Origin: an uncultured Bacillota bacterium
Lineage (GTDB): Bacteria; Bacillota_I; Bacilli_A; RF39; UBA660
Assembly (NCBI GenBank): GCA_947644695.1
Contig: CANSAJ010000001.1
Span: forward strand, 17,348 to 81,347
Direction of reading: 5' to 3'
Length of the DNA stretch: 64,000 nucleotides
Made by a program: the position numbers and the translations under genes. The notes beneath the pieces are model-generated. The model had not been told where the DNA came from, ran no database searches, and saw nothing but the letters and a program-made list of their open reading frames with translations. Positions 37,515 to 46,838 of the stretch are shown here, piece by piece. The number at the start of each line of letters is the position of its first letter. Within the stretch, counting starts at the first letter, position 1.

Positions 37515-37577
37515 AATCTATGTAAACGCAGAAATAGCGTATGGTCTATTTTATGCTAACTTCTTTAGTTTTATGTA

Positions 37578-39656
37578 TTATGGAGAATAAGTTTTTATGT
37601 TTAATTTTTTATTTATTTCTATATAAATAGTTCCATCATATGCAGTGTTATAAACTGTTCCATATTTATTTAGTTTATCTACTACTTCTTTATGAGGATG
37701 AGAATATCTATTATTTAGACCAGAACTTATTATGCTTATTTTGGGTTTAATGTATTTTAATAATGAATCACTTGTACTAGTTTTACTTCCATGATGTCCT
37801 ACTTTTAGAATATCTATTTGATTAAATTTATATGTTTTTAAAATACTTTCTTCAGTTTTAATACTAGCGTCTCCAGTTAATAGTAAGCTTATGTTATTTA
37901 TTTTCGCTATTAGGACTATTGAGTCATCATTTTCGTTATTGAATACTTTATTGTTAAGATATTCTAAATAAATATTATCTATTTTTAGAGTTTTAAAATC
38001 TATTATTATTTTATTATTTATTGTTGATTCTATTTTGTTTATATTGCCTTCATTTATGTATATGTTTTCTACTTTGAAATTGTTTATTAAGTTACTTGCT
38101 TCGCCTGCATGATCTGCGTCTCCATGTGTAAGTATTAAGTAATCAATTTTTTTGATACCAAGTTTTCTTAGTAATGGTATAGTTGTATTTTCTATTATGC
38201 TGGATTCTTTTTTTCTTTTCTTCCAACTTTCTTCTTTATATTTTATTTTTCCACCTGTATCAATTAAAACTGTGCTTTTTAAATGAGGGGTTATTATTAG
38301 TATACTGTCACCTTGATTTACGTCTAGAAAATATATTCTAGTATTAGCGTTAAAGTAAGGATTTATTTTCCAATAAAGAATAAGAAATATTATTAATAAA
38401 TAAGTTATTTTATTTTGTTTTTTTATTAGTAGTAAAAGCAATGTGTAGTATATAATACAAGTAACTAAAGATATCTCACTAAAATATATTTTAGTTGGTA
38501 TTTTAGATAAGAATAATGACATATTTTCTAAAATTGATGTTAATGAAGATAAAATTACTTGAAATATAGGAAATATGTACACTATTATAGATAAAGGAAA
38601 TATTATAAAACTAATAAAAGGAACAAATATTAGATTCAGAATTATTCCTAAAGGATTTATATAATTAAAATAATATATAGATAAACCTATGTTACTTATG
38701 AATGATATCATGCTAACTTTTAATAAACCTTTTATGTAGTTTTTGTCATTTATTAATTTTGAAGAAATTATAATAAAATATGTAGTTGTAAATGAAAGTA
38801 TAAAACTCATATTATATATTATAAATGGATTAGTTATAACTAATAGACTAAAGACTAAATAAAGAAGAGATTCAGTTTTAATGTTTAGTTTAAAATATTT
38901 ATTCAATCCTATTAGGAACGATAAGAGACTTGCTCTTAAAATTGATGGACTAAAACCTGTAATAAATGCAAAGAAAATTAGAAATATAAATATTATTATA
39001 TAGGTTTTTAATTCTTTTATTTTAAGCTTTTTAAGAATATTTTTCAGTATAAGGCTAAATATTGTTACATGTAATCCTGATAAAGCAAATAAATGACTAA
39101 TTCCATTTTCTCTGTATGAATTAATTATTTCAGAATTTAAGTATTTAGTTTTTCCTAATATATATGCATATAAGTATTCATTATGTTTTATATTTTCTGT
39201 TCTTTTATAAGCATAGTTTTTTATTTTGTTTAGTGGTGATATTTTTTTATTAGTAAGTTTTATTTCATTTATATTAAGTAAATAATAGATTCGTTCTTTG
39301 TAGAGATATTTTTTATAATTAAATAAGTGAGGTACTGTATTATTTTTGGGAATGCTTAAATCTCCATTTAGTTTTATAGTAATTCCGATTTTTAATTTGT
39401 TTTTATAATATTCTTTTTCTTCTTTTGTTTTTATATAATATGTTCCAAGAATTTTTTCTTTACATTTTAAATCTAATTCCAGCTTATTTCCATCAATATA
39501 GTATTCGTTTAGTGTACAAGTAAAGTCTTTATCGTTTATGTTGTATTTACTTTTATAAATAGGCAGTGATGTTATAATTAAACTAAATATAAGTGTTAAT
39601 ATAGCTAATATAAGAAATGTATATTTATACTGTAATATGGTCTTTAATTTTTTCAT
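37578..39656 (-). CDS. comEC: DNA internalisation competence channel ComEC
   Basis: Polytopic competence domain plus a C-terminal metallo-beta-lactamase domain (LILTHGDADHAG). 692 aa. Overlaps the comEA stop. Confidence 0.9.
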   Translation of the reverse strand: MKKLKTILQYKYTFLILAILTLIFSLIITSLPIYKSKYNINDKDFTCTLNEYYIDGNKLELDLKCKEKILGTYYIKTKEEKEYYKNKLKIGITIKLNGDLSIPKNNTVPHLFNYKKYLYKERIYYLLNINEIKLTNKKISPLNKIKNYAYKRTENIKHNEYLYAYILGKTKYLNSEIINSYRENGISHLFALSGLHVTIFSLILKNILKKLKIKELKTYIIIFIFLIFFAFITGFSPSILRASLLSFLIGLNKYFKLNIKTESLLYLVFSLLVITNPFIIYNMSFILSFTTTYFIIISSKLINDKNYIKGLLKVSMISFISNIGLSIYYFNYINPLGIILNLIFVPFISFIIFPLSIIVYIFPIFQVILSSLTSILENMSLFLSKIPTKIYFSEISLVTCIIYYTLLLLLIKKQNKITYLLIIFLILYWKINPYFNANTRIYFLDVNQGDSILIITPHLKSTVLIDTGGKIKYKEESWKKRKKESSIIENTTIPLLRKLGIKKIDYLILTHGDADHAGEASNLINNFKVENIYINEGNINKIESTINNKIIIDFKTLKIDNIYLEYLNNKVFNNENDDSIVLIAKINNISLLLTGDASIKTEESILKTYKFNQIDILKVGHHGSKTSTSDSLLKYIKPKISIISSGLNNRYSHPHKEVVDKLNKYGTVYNTAYDGTIYIEINKKLNIKTYSP

Positions 39657-40326
39657 AGATGCTTTCTCCGATGCCAGTTACATTTTTAATATCTTCTATA
39701 TTTTTAAATGAGCCAGATTTATTTCTATAATCAATTATGCTTTTTGCTTTACTTTCACCTACTCCATTTAGTGTCATAAGTGTTTCAAGTGAAGCTGTAT
39801 TAATATTCACAAGTGTATTCAACTCAGTATTTTGTTTAGTATCTTCTGTATTCGTTGGCTTTTCTATATTTACAGCATTAGAGATTTCTTCATCTTTATC
39901 TAGACAAGCATCATTTAATGTTTCACAGATAGTATCTTTCTTTTTTATAATTGATTCTATCTCTTCTTTGGAATTTATTATAATTACATTTTCGTCTTTT
40001 AATATTTTGCTTAAATTTATGTATCTAGTTGATGCGTTTTCTAAAAGTCCTCCCGAAGCTTCTATTGCATCAATTACTCTGGAGTTTTCTTTTAATTCAT
40101 ATACTCCTGGATTTTTTATTAATCCTTTAATATCTACTTTTATTGTAAATGAATCTTCTTCTATGTTTGATCTTTTTTCTTGTACTTCAGCAACTATTTC
40201 ATTTTTCTTATATTTATTTTCAATTAGATAAAAAGATGTAAACGCGATTAGAATTGTTATTATAATTATTCCAGTAAATATAATTTGTTTTTTATATTCT
40301 TCTATGTAAACTTGAATTTTTTCCAT
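39625..40326 (-). CDS. comEA: DNA-binding competence protein ComEA
   Basis: N-terminal TM, SLBB-like domain (IKVDIKGLIKNPGVYEL), and C-terminal HhH (INTASLETLMTLNGVGESKAKSIIDYR). Confidence 0.85.
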   Translation of the reverse strand: MEKIQVYIEEYKKQIIFTGIIIITILIAFTSFYLIENKYKKNEIVAEVQEKRSNIEEDSFTIKVDIKGLIKNPGVYELKENSRVIDAIEASGGLLENASTRYINLSKILKDENVIIINSKEEIESIIKKKDTICETLNDACLDKDEEISNAVNIEKPTNTEDTKQNTELNTLVNINTASLETLMTLNGVGESKAKSIIDYRNKSGSFKNIEDIKNVTGIGESIYEKIKDHITV

Positions 40327-40517
40327 TCTTTCACCTCCCTTCTATTAAAGGGTATCATATATGTTTACAGGAGTCAAAGAGGTGGAATTTTCAAATTTTT
40401 TAATATATATTTTCAATTTTTTATATTAATATATGATTTATGTGATTATTTTGGTTGTAAATTTTAAAATTAACTTTTAAATATTTAGATTTTTAGAAAG
40501 AAAAAAATGTAATTTTT

Positions 40518-43412
40518 TTACATTTTTTCTATTTTATTAGCTACTAGTTGGAATGAGCTCATTCTTTTTTCTACTCTTCCTGTTACTTTAATGATGTCTC
40601 CTTTTTTTATTCCAAAACAATTATTATAAATCATTGGGAATATCACTACTGTAATTTTGTCGTATTCATCACTTACAGTTAAGAATGCCATTTTTTCTTT
40701 ATTTTTAGTCTGTATATCTTTTAATGAATCTATCATAACTACAGTATTTATTATTTTGTCAAAGTATTTTGATATTTCTTTAAGTGAACACATATTATCT
40801 CTTTTATATTTAGTTACTGGATGATTCTGTATGTAAAAACCAAATAGCTCATATTCTTTTTTTAATAATTCTCTTTCAGAATATTCTTCATGTGGAATAA
40901 GTTCTGGTTTTTCTACTAAAGATATGTCTATCTGACTACATAGTTCTGCATAGTCTAATGCTAATTTTATATTTTCATACATAGTTTTCCTATTTATTTT
41001 AAATATATCTAAAGCTCCTGAAAAAATAAGATTTTCTATTACTTTAATATTTACTTTAGCATTATAGGTTCTTCTTATAAAATCAAGATAATCAGTATAT
41101 ATACCTTTTTTTCTTTCTTCTAAAATATGAGAAACTGCTTCTTTTCCTATTCCTTTTATTAATGTAAGTGGAGGGACTATTTCTTCATTTAGCGATTTAT
41201 ATATCGCTTCACTTTTATTAATATCAACTACCGAAAATGTTAAATTAAATCTCCTACATTCGTCAATGTATTCTTTTGTTTTTACTTCATTACCAATAAC
41301 ATTATCTAGCTCGGCTGTCATATAATATTCAGTAAAATGTGCTTTTAAGAAAGCCATTTGATATGCGATTAAGGAGTAAGCAACTGAGTGTGATTTATTA
41401 AAACCATAATTGGCAAATTTTAAAACTAAATCATAGATTTGTATAGCACTTTCTTTAGTATGACCTTTATTTATGGCACCTGATATAAATTCTTCTTTGT
41501 ATTTAATAATTATTTCTTCTTTTTTCTTGCTCATGGCACGTCTTATGTTATCTGCCTTGCTATAGCTAAATCCTCCAATTTTTTTTAATATTTCTAATAT
41601 TTGTTCTTGATATACAATTATTCCATTAGTGTCTTTTATTATCTCTTCTAATTCTGGTATTATATAATATACTTTTGATTTACCTTCTCTTACTTTTATG
41701 AATTCTGGAATATTTTCTCTTGGACCCGGTCTATATAATGCTATTGCACTTACTAAATCATCGAATGTTTTAACTTTTAGACTTTTTAAGAATGACATCA
41801 TTCCTTCACTTTCAAATTGGAAAATTCCAATTGTATCTACATTATAAAATATATTAAGTGTTTTAGTATCATTTAGTGGTACTTTATTAATATCTATATG
41901 TATATTTTTTTCATCCTTTATTTTTTTTAGTATAGTGTCAATCGTAGTAAGCGCTTTTAAGGCTAGAAAGTCAATTTTTAGAAGGCCTATTTGTTCTAAG
42001 TATTCCATAGAGTATCCTGTTAGTAGTATATTTGCACTTTTATATAGTGGTACTTTATTCATTAAAGGTTCATCGCTTATTATTACTCCAGATGCGTGTA
42101 TTGTGGTATGTCTTTTTAAACCTTCTAGTTTTTTTGAAATTCTTAGAAGTTTTTGATATTCAATATTTTGATTTAGAACTTTTAAAAATATTTCACTTTT
42201 TTCTAGTTCTTCAAAGGTTTCTTTATCTTTAATTGTTTTTGATAGTTTATCTACCATATCATTAGGCATTTTAAGTACTCTTCCTACATCTCTTATTACT
42301 TGTTTAGATAAAAGTGTACCAAATGCTATTATGTTTGCTACTCTATCTTGCCCATATTTATCTTTACAATAATCTATTAATTCATCTCTTCTTAAATATT
42401 CAATATCTATATCTATATCTGGAAGGGTTATTCGTTCTGGATTTAAAAATCTTTCGAATATCAAATTATATTTTATAGGATCTATTTCTATTATTCCAAG
42501 AGTGTAGCTAACTAGACTTCCTGCTGCACTTCCTCTTCCAGGTCCTACGACTATTTTATTTTTTTTGGCATATAGTATGAAATCGTAAACTATTAGAAAA
42601 TAATCTACAAAGTCCATACTAATTATTATGTCTAATTCCATTTTTAATCTTTCAATATATATATTTGGAATGTTACCATTTAATCTTTTGTTTAATCCTT
42701 TATTGCATAGATATTTTAAGTGTTCTATTTTGTCTTCACAATATTCTGGAAGTTTAAAATGAAATTCTGGAAGCTCCAGGTTTATTAACTCGGTGAAATC
42801 TATTGTTGTCTTTGCATCATATTCATCAATATCTTCGTTTATGTGATTATCAAAATTATACTCGTCAAAGGAGTCTATAGTTTGTCCTTCTTTTATCATT
42901 CTTAAATAAATTAAGTATTCTTTGTCTTCTATATTAATGTAAAAATTTTCTTTTATATATACTATTTTTTCGGTTACAACTAAGCAGTTAGTTTTTTCTT
43001 CTTTTGTTTTGTAACTTAGGTAAACTATTTCATAAATTTCCTTATATTCTAAATAGTTTTCAAAATCTTTTGTAACACAGATTATATCATTAGACTTTTC
43101 TTTTAAATCTTTTTTTGTTAATGTGTCAGTATTTTTTTTGCTTACTATATTAAGTAAGTTTATGTAACCATTATAGTTTTTAGCATATAGTATCATTTCA
43201 AGATTTTCTATTTCTAAGGATATTCCTATTATTGGTTTTATTTTGTTTTTTGTACATGCATTTATGAATTCTATACTTCCAAACATATTTCTATCTGTTA
43301 TTCCTAAAGCAGTTATTTTATTTTTATTTGTGAAGTCTATTAAGTCTTCTATTTTTATGAGACTACTTAATAATTCGTAGTGTGTTTTTATATTTAGTGG
43401 TATATAGTTCAT
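40518..43412 (-). CDS. dnaE: DNA polymerase III alpha subunit, DnaE-type
   Basis: N-terminal PHP domain, polymerase core (palm/fingers with GIIEIDPIKY..., FQFESEGM), C-terminal OB. 964 aa. Confidence 0.9.
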   Translation of the reverse strand: MNYIPLNIKTHYELLSSLIKIEDLIDFTNKNKITALGITDRNMFGSIEFINACTKNKIKPIIGISLEIENLEMILYAKNYNGYINLLNIVSKKNTDTLTKKDLKEKSNDIICVTKDFENYLEYKEIYEIVYLSYKTKEEKTNCLVVTEKIVYIKENFYINIEDKEYLIYLRMIKEGQTIDSFDEYNFDNHINEDIDEYDAKTTIDFTELINLELPEFHFKLPEYCEDKIEHLKYLCNKGLNKRLNGNIPNIYIERLKMELDIIISMDFVDYFLIVYDFILYAKKNKIVVGPGRGSAAGSLVSYTLGIIEIDPIKYNLIFERFLNPERITLPDIDIDIEYLRRDELIDYCKDKYGQDRVANIIAFGTLLSKQVIRDVGRVLKMPNDMVDKLSKTIKDKETFEELEKSEIFLKVLNQNIEYQKLLRISKKLEGLKRHTTIHASGVIISDEPLMNKVPLYKSANILLTGYSMEYLEQIGLLKIDFLALKALTTIDTILKKIKDEKNIHIDINKVPLNDTKTLNIFYNVDTIGIFQFESEGMMSFLKSLKVKTFDDLVSAIALYRPGPRENIPEFIKVREGKSKVYYIIPELEEIIKDTNGIIVYQEQILEILKKIGGFSYSKADNIRRAMSKKKEEIIIKYKEEFISGAINKGHTKESAIQIYDLVLKFANYGFNKSHSVAYSLIAYQMAFLKAHFTEYYMTAELDNVIGNEVKTKEYIDECRRFNLTFSVVDINKSEAIYKSLNEEIVPPLTLIKGIGKEAVSHILEERKKGIYTDYLDFIRRTYNAKVNIKVIENLIFSGALDIFKINRKTMYENIKLALDYAELCSQIDISLVEKPELIPHEEYSERELLKKEYELFGFYIQNHPVTKYKRDNMCSLKEISKYFDKIINTVVMIDSLKDIQTKNKEKMAFLTVSDEYDKITVVIFPMIYNNCFGIKKGDIIKVTGRVEKRMSSFQLVANKIEKM

Positions 43413-43506
43413 AACGTACTCCTTATAATTTTTATTATATACTATATATTAGAGTTTTACCAGATTATTATTAAAGAAAAAAAGAAGAACTATCTTCTTT
43501 AAATGA

Positions 43507-43968
43507 CTATTTTACAGTTAATGTTCCGCTGCTGCAATCTAATGTAGCTGAACCACTTTTTCCTTCAATTGAATCAAGTCCTAATGTAAATCCTGCATCT
43601 GAACTATCATAGTAATATGTTCCATCAGTTACTTTTAATGTGCTAACATTTCCTGCATCATCAAATGACACATAATATAATAGCTTTTTGTTCTCACTTA
43701 TACTTAATTCGTTATTTCCAGCACCAGATTCTCCAGAATAGCAGTATGGTCCAGGAGTTTCACCTTTCATCATATCAGTTATGTATTCTTGGTCTGCAGC
43801 TTTCCAAATTCTTTGTACTTGTGTTTTGAAAACGTCTTTCTTACCTTGTGTAAATAAATTTAAAATATTTGGTGTGATTAGTAACATTAATATTGCTAAG
43901 ATTGCTATTACGGCTAGTAATTCAACTAAAGTAAAACCTTTTTTATTTAGTCTAGTCATTTTTATCAT
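43507..43968 (-). CDS. Type IV (major) pilin / competence pseudopilin ComGC-like
   Basis: Canonical prepilin N-terminus MIKMTRLNKKG|FTLVELLAVIAILAILMLL. The mature part is Gly/Ser-rich with two Cys. The locally higher GC comes from Gly/Ala codons. Confidence 0.8.
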   Translation of the reverse strand: MIKMTRLNKKGFTLVELLAVIAILAILMLLITPNILNLFTQGKKDVFKTQVQRIWKAADQEYITDMMKGETPGPYCYSGESGAGNNELSISENKKLLYYVSFDDAGNVSTLKVTDGTYYYDSSDAGFTLGLDSIEGKSGSATLDCSSGTLTVK

Positions 43969-44093
43969 CCTCTCCTTTTGATAAAGATATTCTTCTATAT
44001 CTTTCTTTACCTTAATACGATTATATCAAATATGAGTCTAAATAGTCAATTATTATAGATGACAATTTTTAAAAAATGTAAATATAGAAAATA

Positions 44094-44124
44094 AAAGTAA
44101 GGCTTTTATTGTAAGTCTTACTTT
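44094..44124 (-). terminator. Hairpin terminator (AAAGTAAG-15nt-CTTACTTT) after the ylbE-like gene
   Basis: 8-bp stem immediately after the stop, followed on the minus strand by TATTTTCTAT. Confidence 0.4.
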
Positions 44125-44126
44125 CT

Positions 44127-44348
44127 CTATTCTTTTGTTACATTCATAAATGCGTTTATTAAATCCATTCCAGTTCCTATTTTCTCCACTTTATCTTTAA
44201 ATCTTAAACCGTATCTTTCTTTCATTTCTTCTATCATTTGTTCAATTGGAATGCCTCGGTTTAGTTTTTTATACCATGTAGAATTTTCTCTTAAGTATTT
44301 TATGTTATTTGGATTACTATATAGTTTTTCTCTTGTTATATAATTCAT
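44127..44348 (-). CDS. YlbE-like small protein (DUF1447/UPF0298-like)
   Basis: LRENSTWYKKLNR resembles the LRENPxWYRxLxR core of Bacillus YlbE. 73 aa. Confidence 0.4.
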   Translation of the reverse strand: MNYITREKLYSNPNNIKYLRENSTWYKKLNRGIPIEQMIEEMKERYGLRFKDKVEKIGTGMDLINAFMNVTKE

Positions 44349-44713
44349 TAATCATCAAAGAACCTTTCTATTTCTGTGTTTTTTTTCTTTTTGTTAGTTT
44401 TCTCTTCTTTTTTTTCTGATCTAGTTAATGCTATTTCTTCTAAAAATCCTAATGCTTTTTGAAGGGAACCTATATTTTCTTCTAATTTATCCATGTCAAT
44501 ATTCTTTAGATTATTTAATATACTTTTTACTCCATCACTAGTTTTATGTTCTTCTTTTTTTGGTGTTTCATATGTTTTCCAAATTTCGTTATCACTACCA
44601 TATATGTCATATGTTTCGTATAATTGTTGCCAGGTTGTTTTTCCTTCTTGTACAAGTTTTGATAGGTGTTTATTTTTATAAGCAAATTCTTTAAATTCGT
44701 CTTTTTTACTCAT
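44348..44713 (-). CDS. YlbD-like small protein
   Basis: KTTWQQLYETYDIYGSDNEIWKTY resembles the YlbD conserved core. 121 aa. Overlaps the downstream gene start. Confidence 0.35.
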   Translation of the reverse strand: MSKKDEFKEFAYKNKHLSKLVQEGKTTWQQLYETYDIYGSDNEIWKTYETPKKEEHKTSDGVKSILNNLKNIDMDKLEENIGSLQKALGFLEEIALTRSEKKEEKTNKKKKNTEIERFFDD

Positions 44714-44731
44714 GTAATCACCTATAAAATA

Positions 44732-45418
44732 TTATGAAAGTGTTTCTTCTTTTATTCTATTTTCGTAGAAACTATAATATTCTTTGTGACTTATTATTAT
44801 ATGATCTAGTAATTTAATGCCTACTATTTTTCCTGTTTCTTCTATTTTTCTTGTTATCTCTATATCTTCTTTACTGGGCGTTGTGTCTCCGCTTGGATGA
44901 TTATGCATTACTATTATGGATGATGCACTTTCTAATATGGCTTCTTTAAATATTTCTCTAGGGTGTACGTTTACACTGTCTAAAGTTCCTTTGTATAGTT
45001 CTTTTCTTTCTATTAGATTTAATTTTGCATCATATAATAATACATAAAACTTTTCTTGCTTCATGTTTTTAAATTCATTTTTATAATAGTTAAATATTTT
45101 AGTGGTACTGTTTAGTTTTATGTTTTTATTTTCTTTGTCATGTATTCTTTTACTCAGTTCAAGTGCTGTTAATATAGTTGATGCTTTAGATAATTTTATG
45201 CCTTTTATTTTAATTAGCATGTTAAGGCTCATGTTTGATAGTTTATTTAATCCGCCTATTTCTTTTAAGATTCTTGTTGATAATTCGTCTACTGATTCAT
45301 TTTTGCTTCCAGTTCTTAGAAGAATAGATAAAAGTTCACTGTCTGATAAAGATTCTACTCCTTGTCTTTTTAATTTTTCTCTTGGTTTTTCTTCTTGTAT
45401 TATTTCTTTAAATTTCAT
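44732..45418 (-). CDS. radC: RadC-family JAB/MPN domain protein
   Basis: N-terminal HhH region and a C-terminal JAMM motif (VMHNHPSGDTTPSKEDIEITRKI). 228 aa. Confidence 0.9.
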   Translation of the reverse strand: MKFKEIIQEEKPREKLKRQGVESLSDSELLSILLRTGSKNESVDELSTRILKEIGGLNKLSNMSLNMLIKIKGIKLSKASTILTALELSKRIHDKENKNIKLNSTTKIFNYYKNEFKNMKQEKFYVLLYDAKLNLIERKELYKGTLDSVNVHPREIFKEAILESASSIIVMHNHPSGDTTPSKEDIEITRKIEETGKIVGIKLLDHIIISHKEYYSFYENRIKEETLS

Positions 45419-45467
45419 GTTTCCTTTCCTGTTAGAAAATGTTATTAACCTACTTAGTATATTAACA

Positions 45468-45917
45468 CTAGTTTGCTATTTTGTGAAGAAAGTTTTCTAA
45501 AAGTTTTAATTCTTCTTTTATAACCATATTCATATTATTTTTGTTGTCTGTATTTTTTAATATTTCGTCATAGTTTTCAATGGATTTTATCAGTTTTGAA
45601 TCAGTAATTTTTAATGTTTTTTTAAAAGGTGTCCCAGTAATATTGTATTTCTTTAAAATTTTATTATAAATATCGTCATTAAGTGTTAAACCAACATATA
45701 TTTTGTAGAGATTATCTTCATTCCAAATTAAATAATTTTCTAAATTTCTTGTGTTTTTTATAACATTATCATAACTTTCGTAAGCGCCTATTTGTATTAT
45801 ATAAATTTCAGTATAGTCATTTGATTTAGCACTGTAGGATTTATAAATAATAATTGATGCAAATGTAGATACTAATAGTACTAGTATTATTCTTTTAATA
45901 TTTTCTTTTATTTTCAT
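45468..45917 (-). CDS. Membrane-anchored SPOR-domain protein
   Basis: N-terminal TM, then YIIQIGAYESYDNVIKNTRNLENY...LYKIYVG, which resembles the peptidoglycan-binding SPOR repeat. Confidence 0.5.
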   Translation of the reverse strand: MKIKENIKRIILVLLVSTFASIIIYKSYSAKSNDYTEIYIIQIGAYESYDNVIKNTRNLENYLIWNEDNLYKIYVGLTLNDDIYNKILKKYNITGTPFKKTLKITDSKLIKSIENYDEILKNTDNKNNMNMVIKEELKLLENFLHKIAN

Positions 45918-45987
45918 TTTATCACCAATTTTATTTTAGCTTATCAAGTAAAATTATTATGTCATATTTTGTTTTGGAAAGAAAAAA

Positions 45988-46008
45988 ATGATACTTTGTT
46001 AGTACCAT
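45988..46008 (-). terminator. Imperfect hairpin plus T-run after rpmF
   Basis: ATGGTACT-AACAA-AGTATCAT followed by TTTTTTTCTTTCC (minus-strand reading). Confidence 0.35.
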
Positions 46009-46220
46009 TATTTATTTTCAGTTTCTTCAGTTTTAACAACTTGTTTTCCTTTATAGTAACCGCATTTTGTACAAGCTCGATGAGGAGCAATTGGATTACC
46101 ACATTGTTTGCAAGTTACTACTGTAGGAGCATCCTTCTTTAAATGTGTTCTACGCGCTCTTTTTGCAGTTTTACTTACTCTTCTTGCTGGAACTGCAAAT
46201 AATTGTAAATCTAGTTTCAT
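46008..46220 (-). CDS. rpmF: 50S ribosomal protein L32 (zinc-ribbon type) with short N-terminal extension
   Basis: AVPARRVSKTAKRARRTHLK and a CxxC...CxxC zinc ribbon (CKQCGNPIAPHRACTKCGYYKGK). An 8-aa N-terminal extension (MKLDLQLF) precedes it. The start overlaps yceD. Confidence 0.85.
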   Translation of the reverse strand: MKLDLQLFAVPARRVSKTAKRARRTHLKKDAPTVVTCKQCGNPIAPHRACTKCGYYKGKQVVKTEETENK

Positions 46221-46705
46221 TCACTAACCTCCTTATCCAACATTTCTTTTAACTCGCTGAATGGCGAATCATTTTTTATTTTGTTATCCATTACTAAGCT
46301 CCATCCATCGCCTTCTTGAAGATAAGTTGCATCTTCTTTAATTACTCTAAGGGGAACTTCCAGTACAATATTTTCCCATATTATTGAAAAAATATCAAGT
46401 CCATTTTGATAAATTACTTGTTTTTCTTCAGTATTTATGCCTTCTTCTATGTTTTTATCTATTGAAATATTTATGGGATATTCTACTTCTTCTAAACTTC
46501 TTGCGCATAAAAGTATCATTTTTCCTGTAATGTTTAGGGTTAAATGGTAAACTTCATTTTCTAGTCTTGAAACTTTTCCTTTTGCTTTTACATCTTCTAA
46601 TCTTTTTATTTCTGTGGTTTTAAGTATTTCTTCGTCAAAAACGATTAACTCATCTATATCTAGAGATGATTCTGTATTGTTTTTTAGTTTACTTATATCA
46701 AACAT
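46217..46705 (-). CDS. yceD: YceD/DUF177-family protein (large-subunit rRNA accumulation protein)
   Basis: 162 aa, acidic. Immediately upstream of rpmF, which is a conserved gene pair. Confidence 0.75.
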   Translation of the reverse strand: MFDISKLKNNTESSLDIDELIVFDEEILKTTEIKRLEDVKAKGKVSRLENEVYHLTLNITGKMILLCARSLEEVEYPINISIDKNIEEGINTEEKQVIYQNGLDIFSIIWENIVLEVPLRVIKEDATYLQEGDGWSLVMDNKIKNDSPFSELKEMLDKEVSE

Positions 46706-46838
46706 TTTTACCTCCTTTTGGTTGTTTTATCTTCAAGTTTAACATCCAGCTTAATTATATTATATTTTTCTTTAAATTAATAGTATGTAGAGTAATTATT
46801 TAGAAAAAGTGTGTTAAAATATGTGTGTAGGTGAAAAT

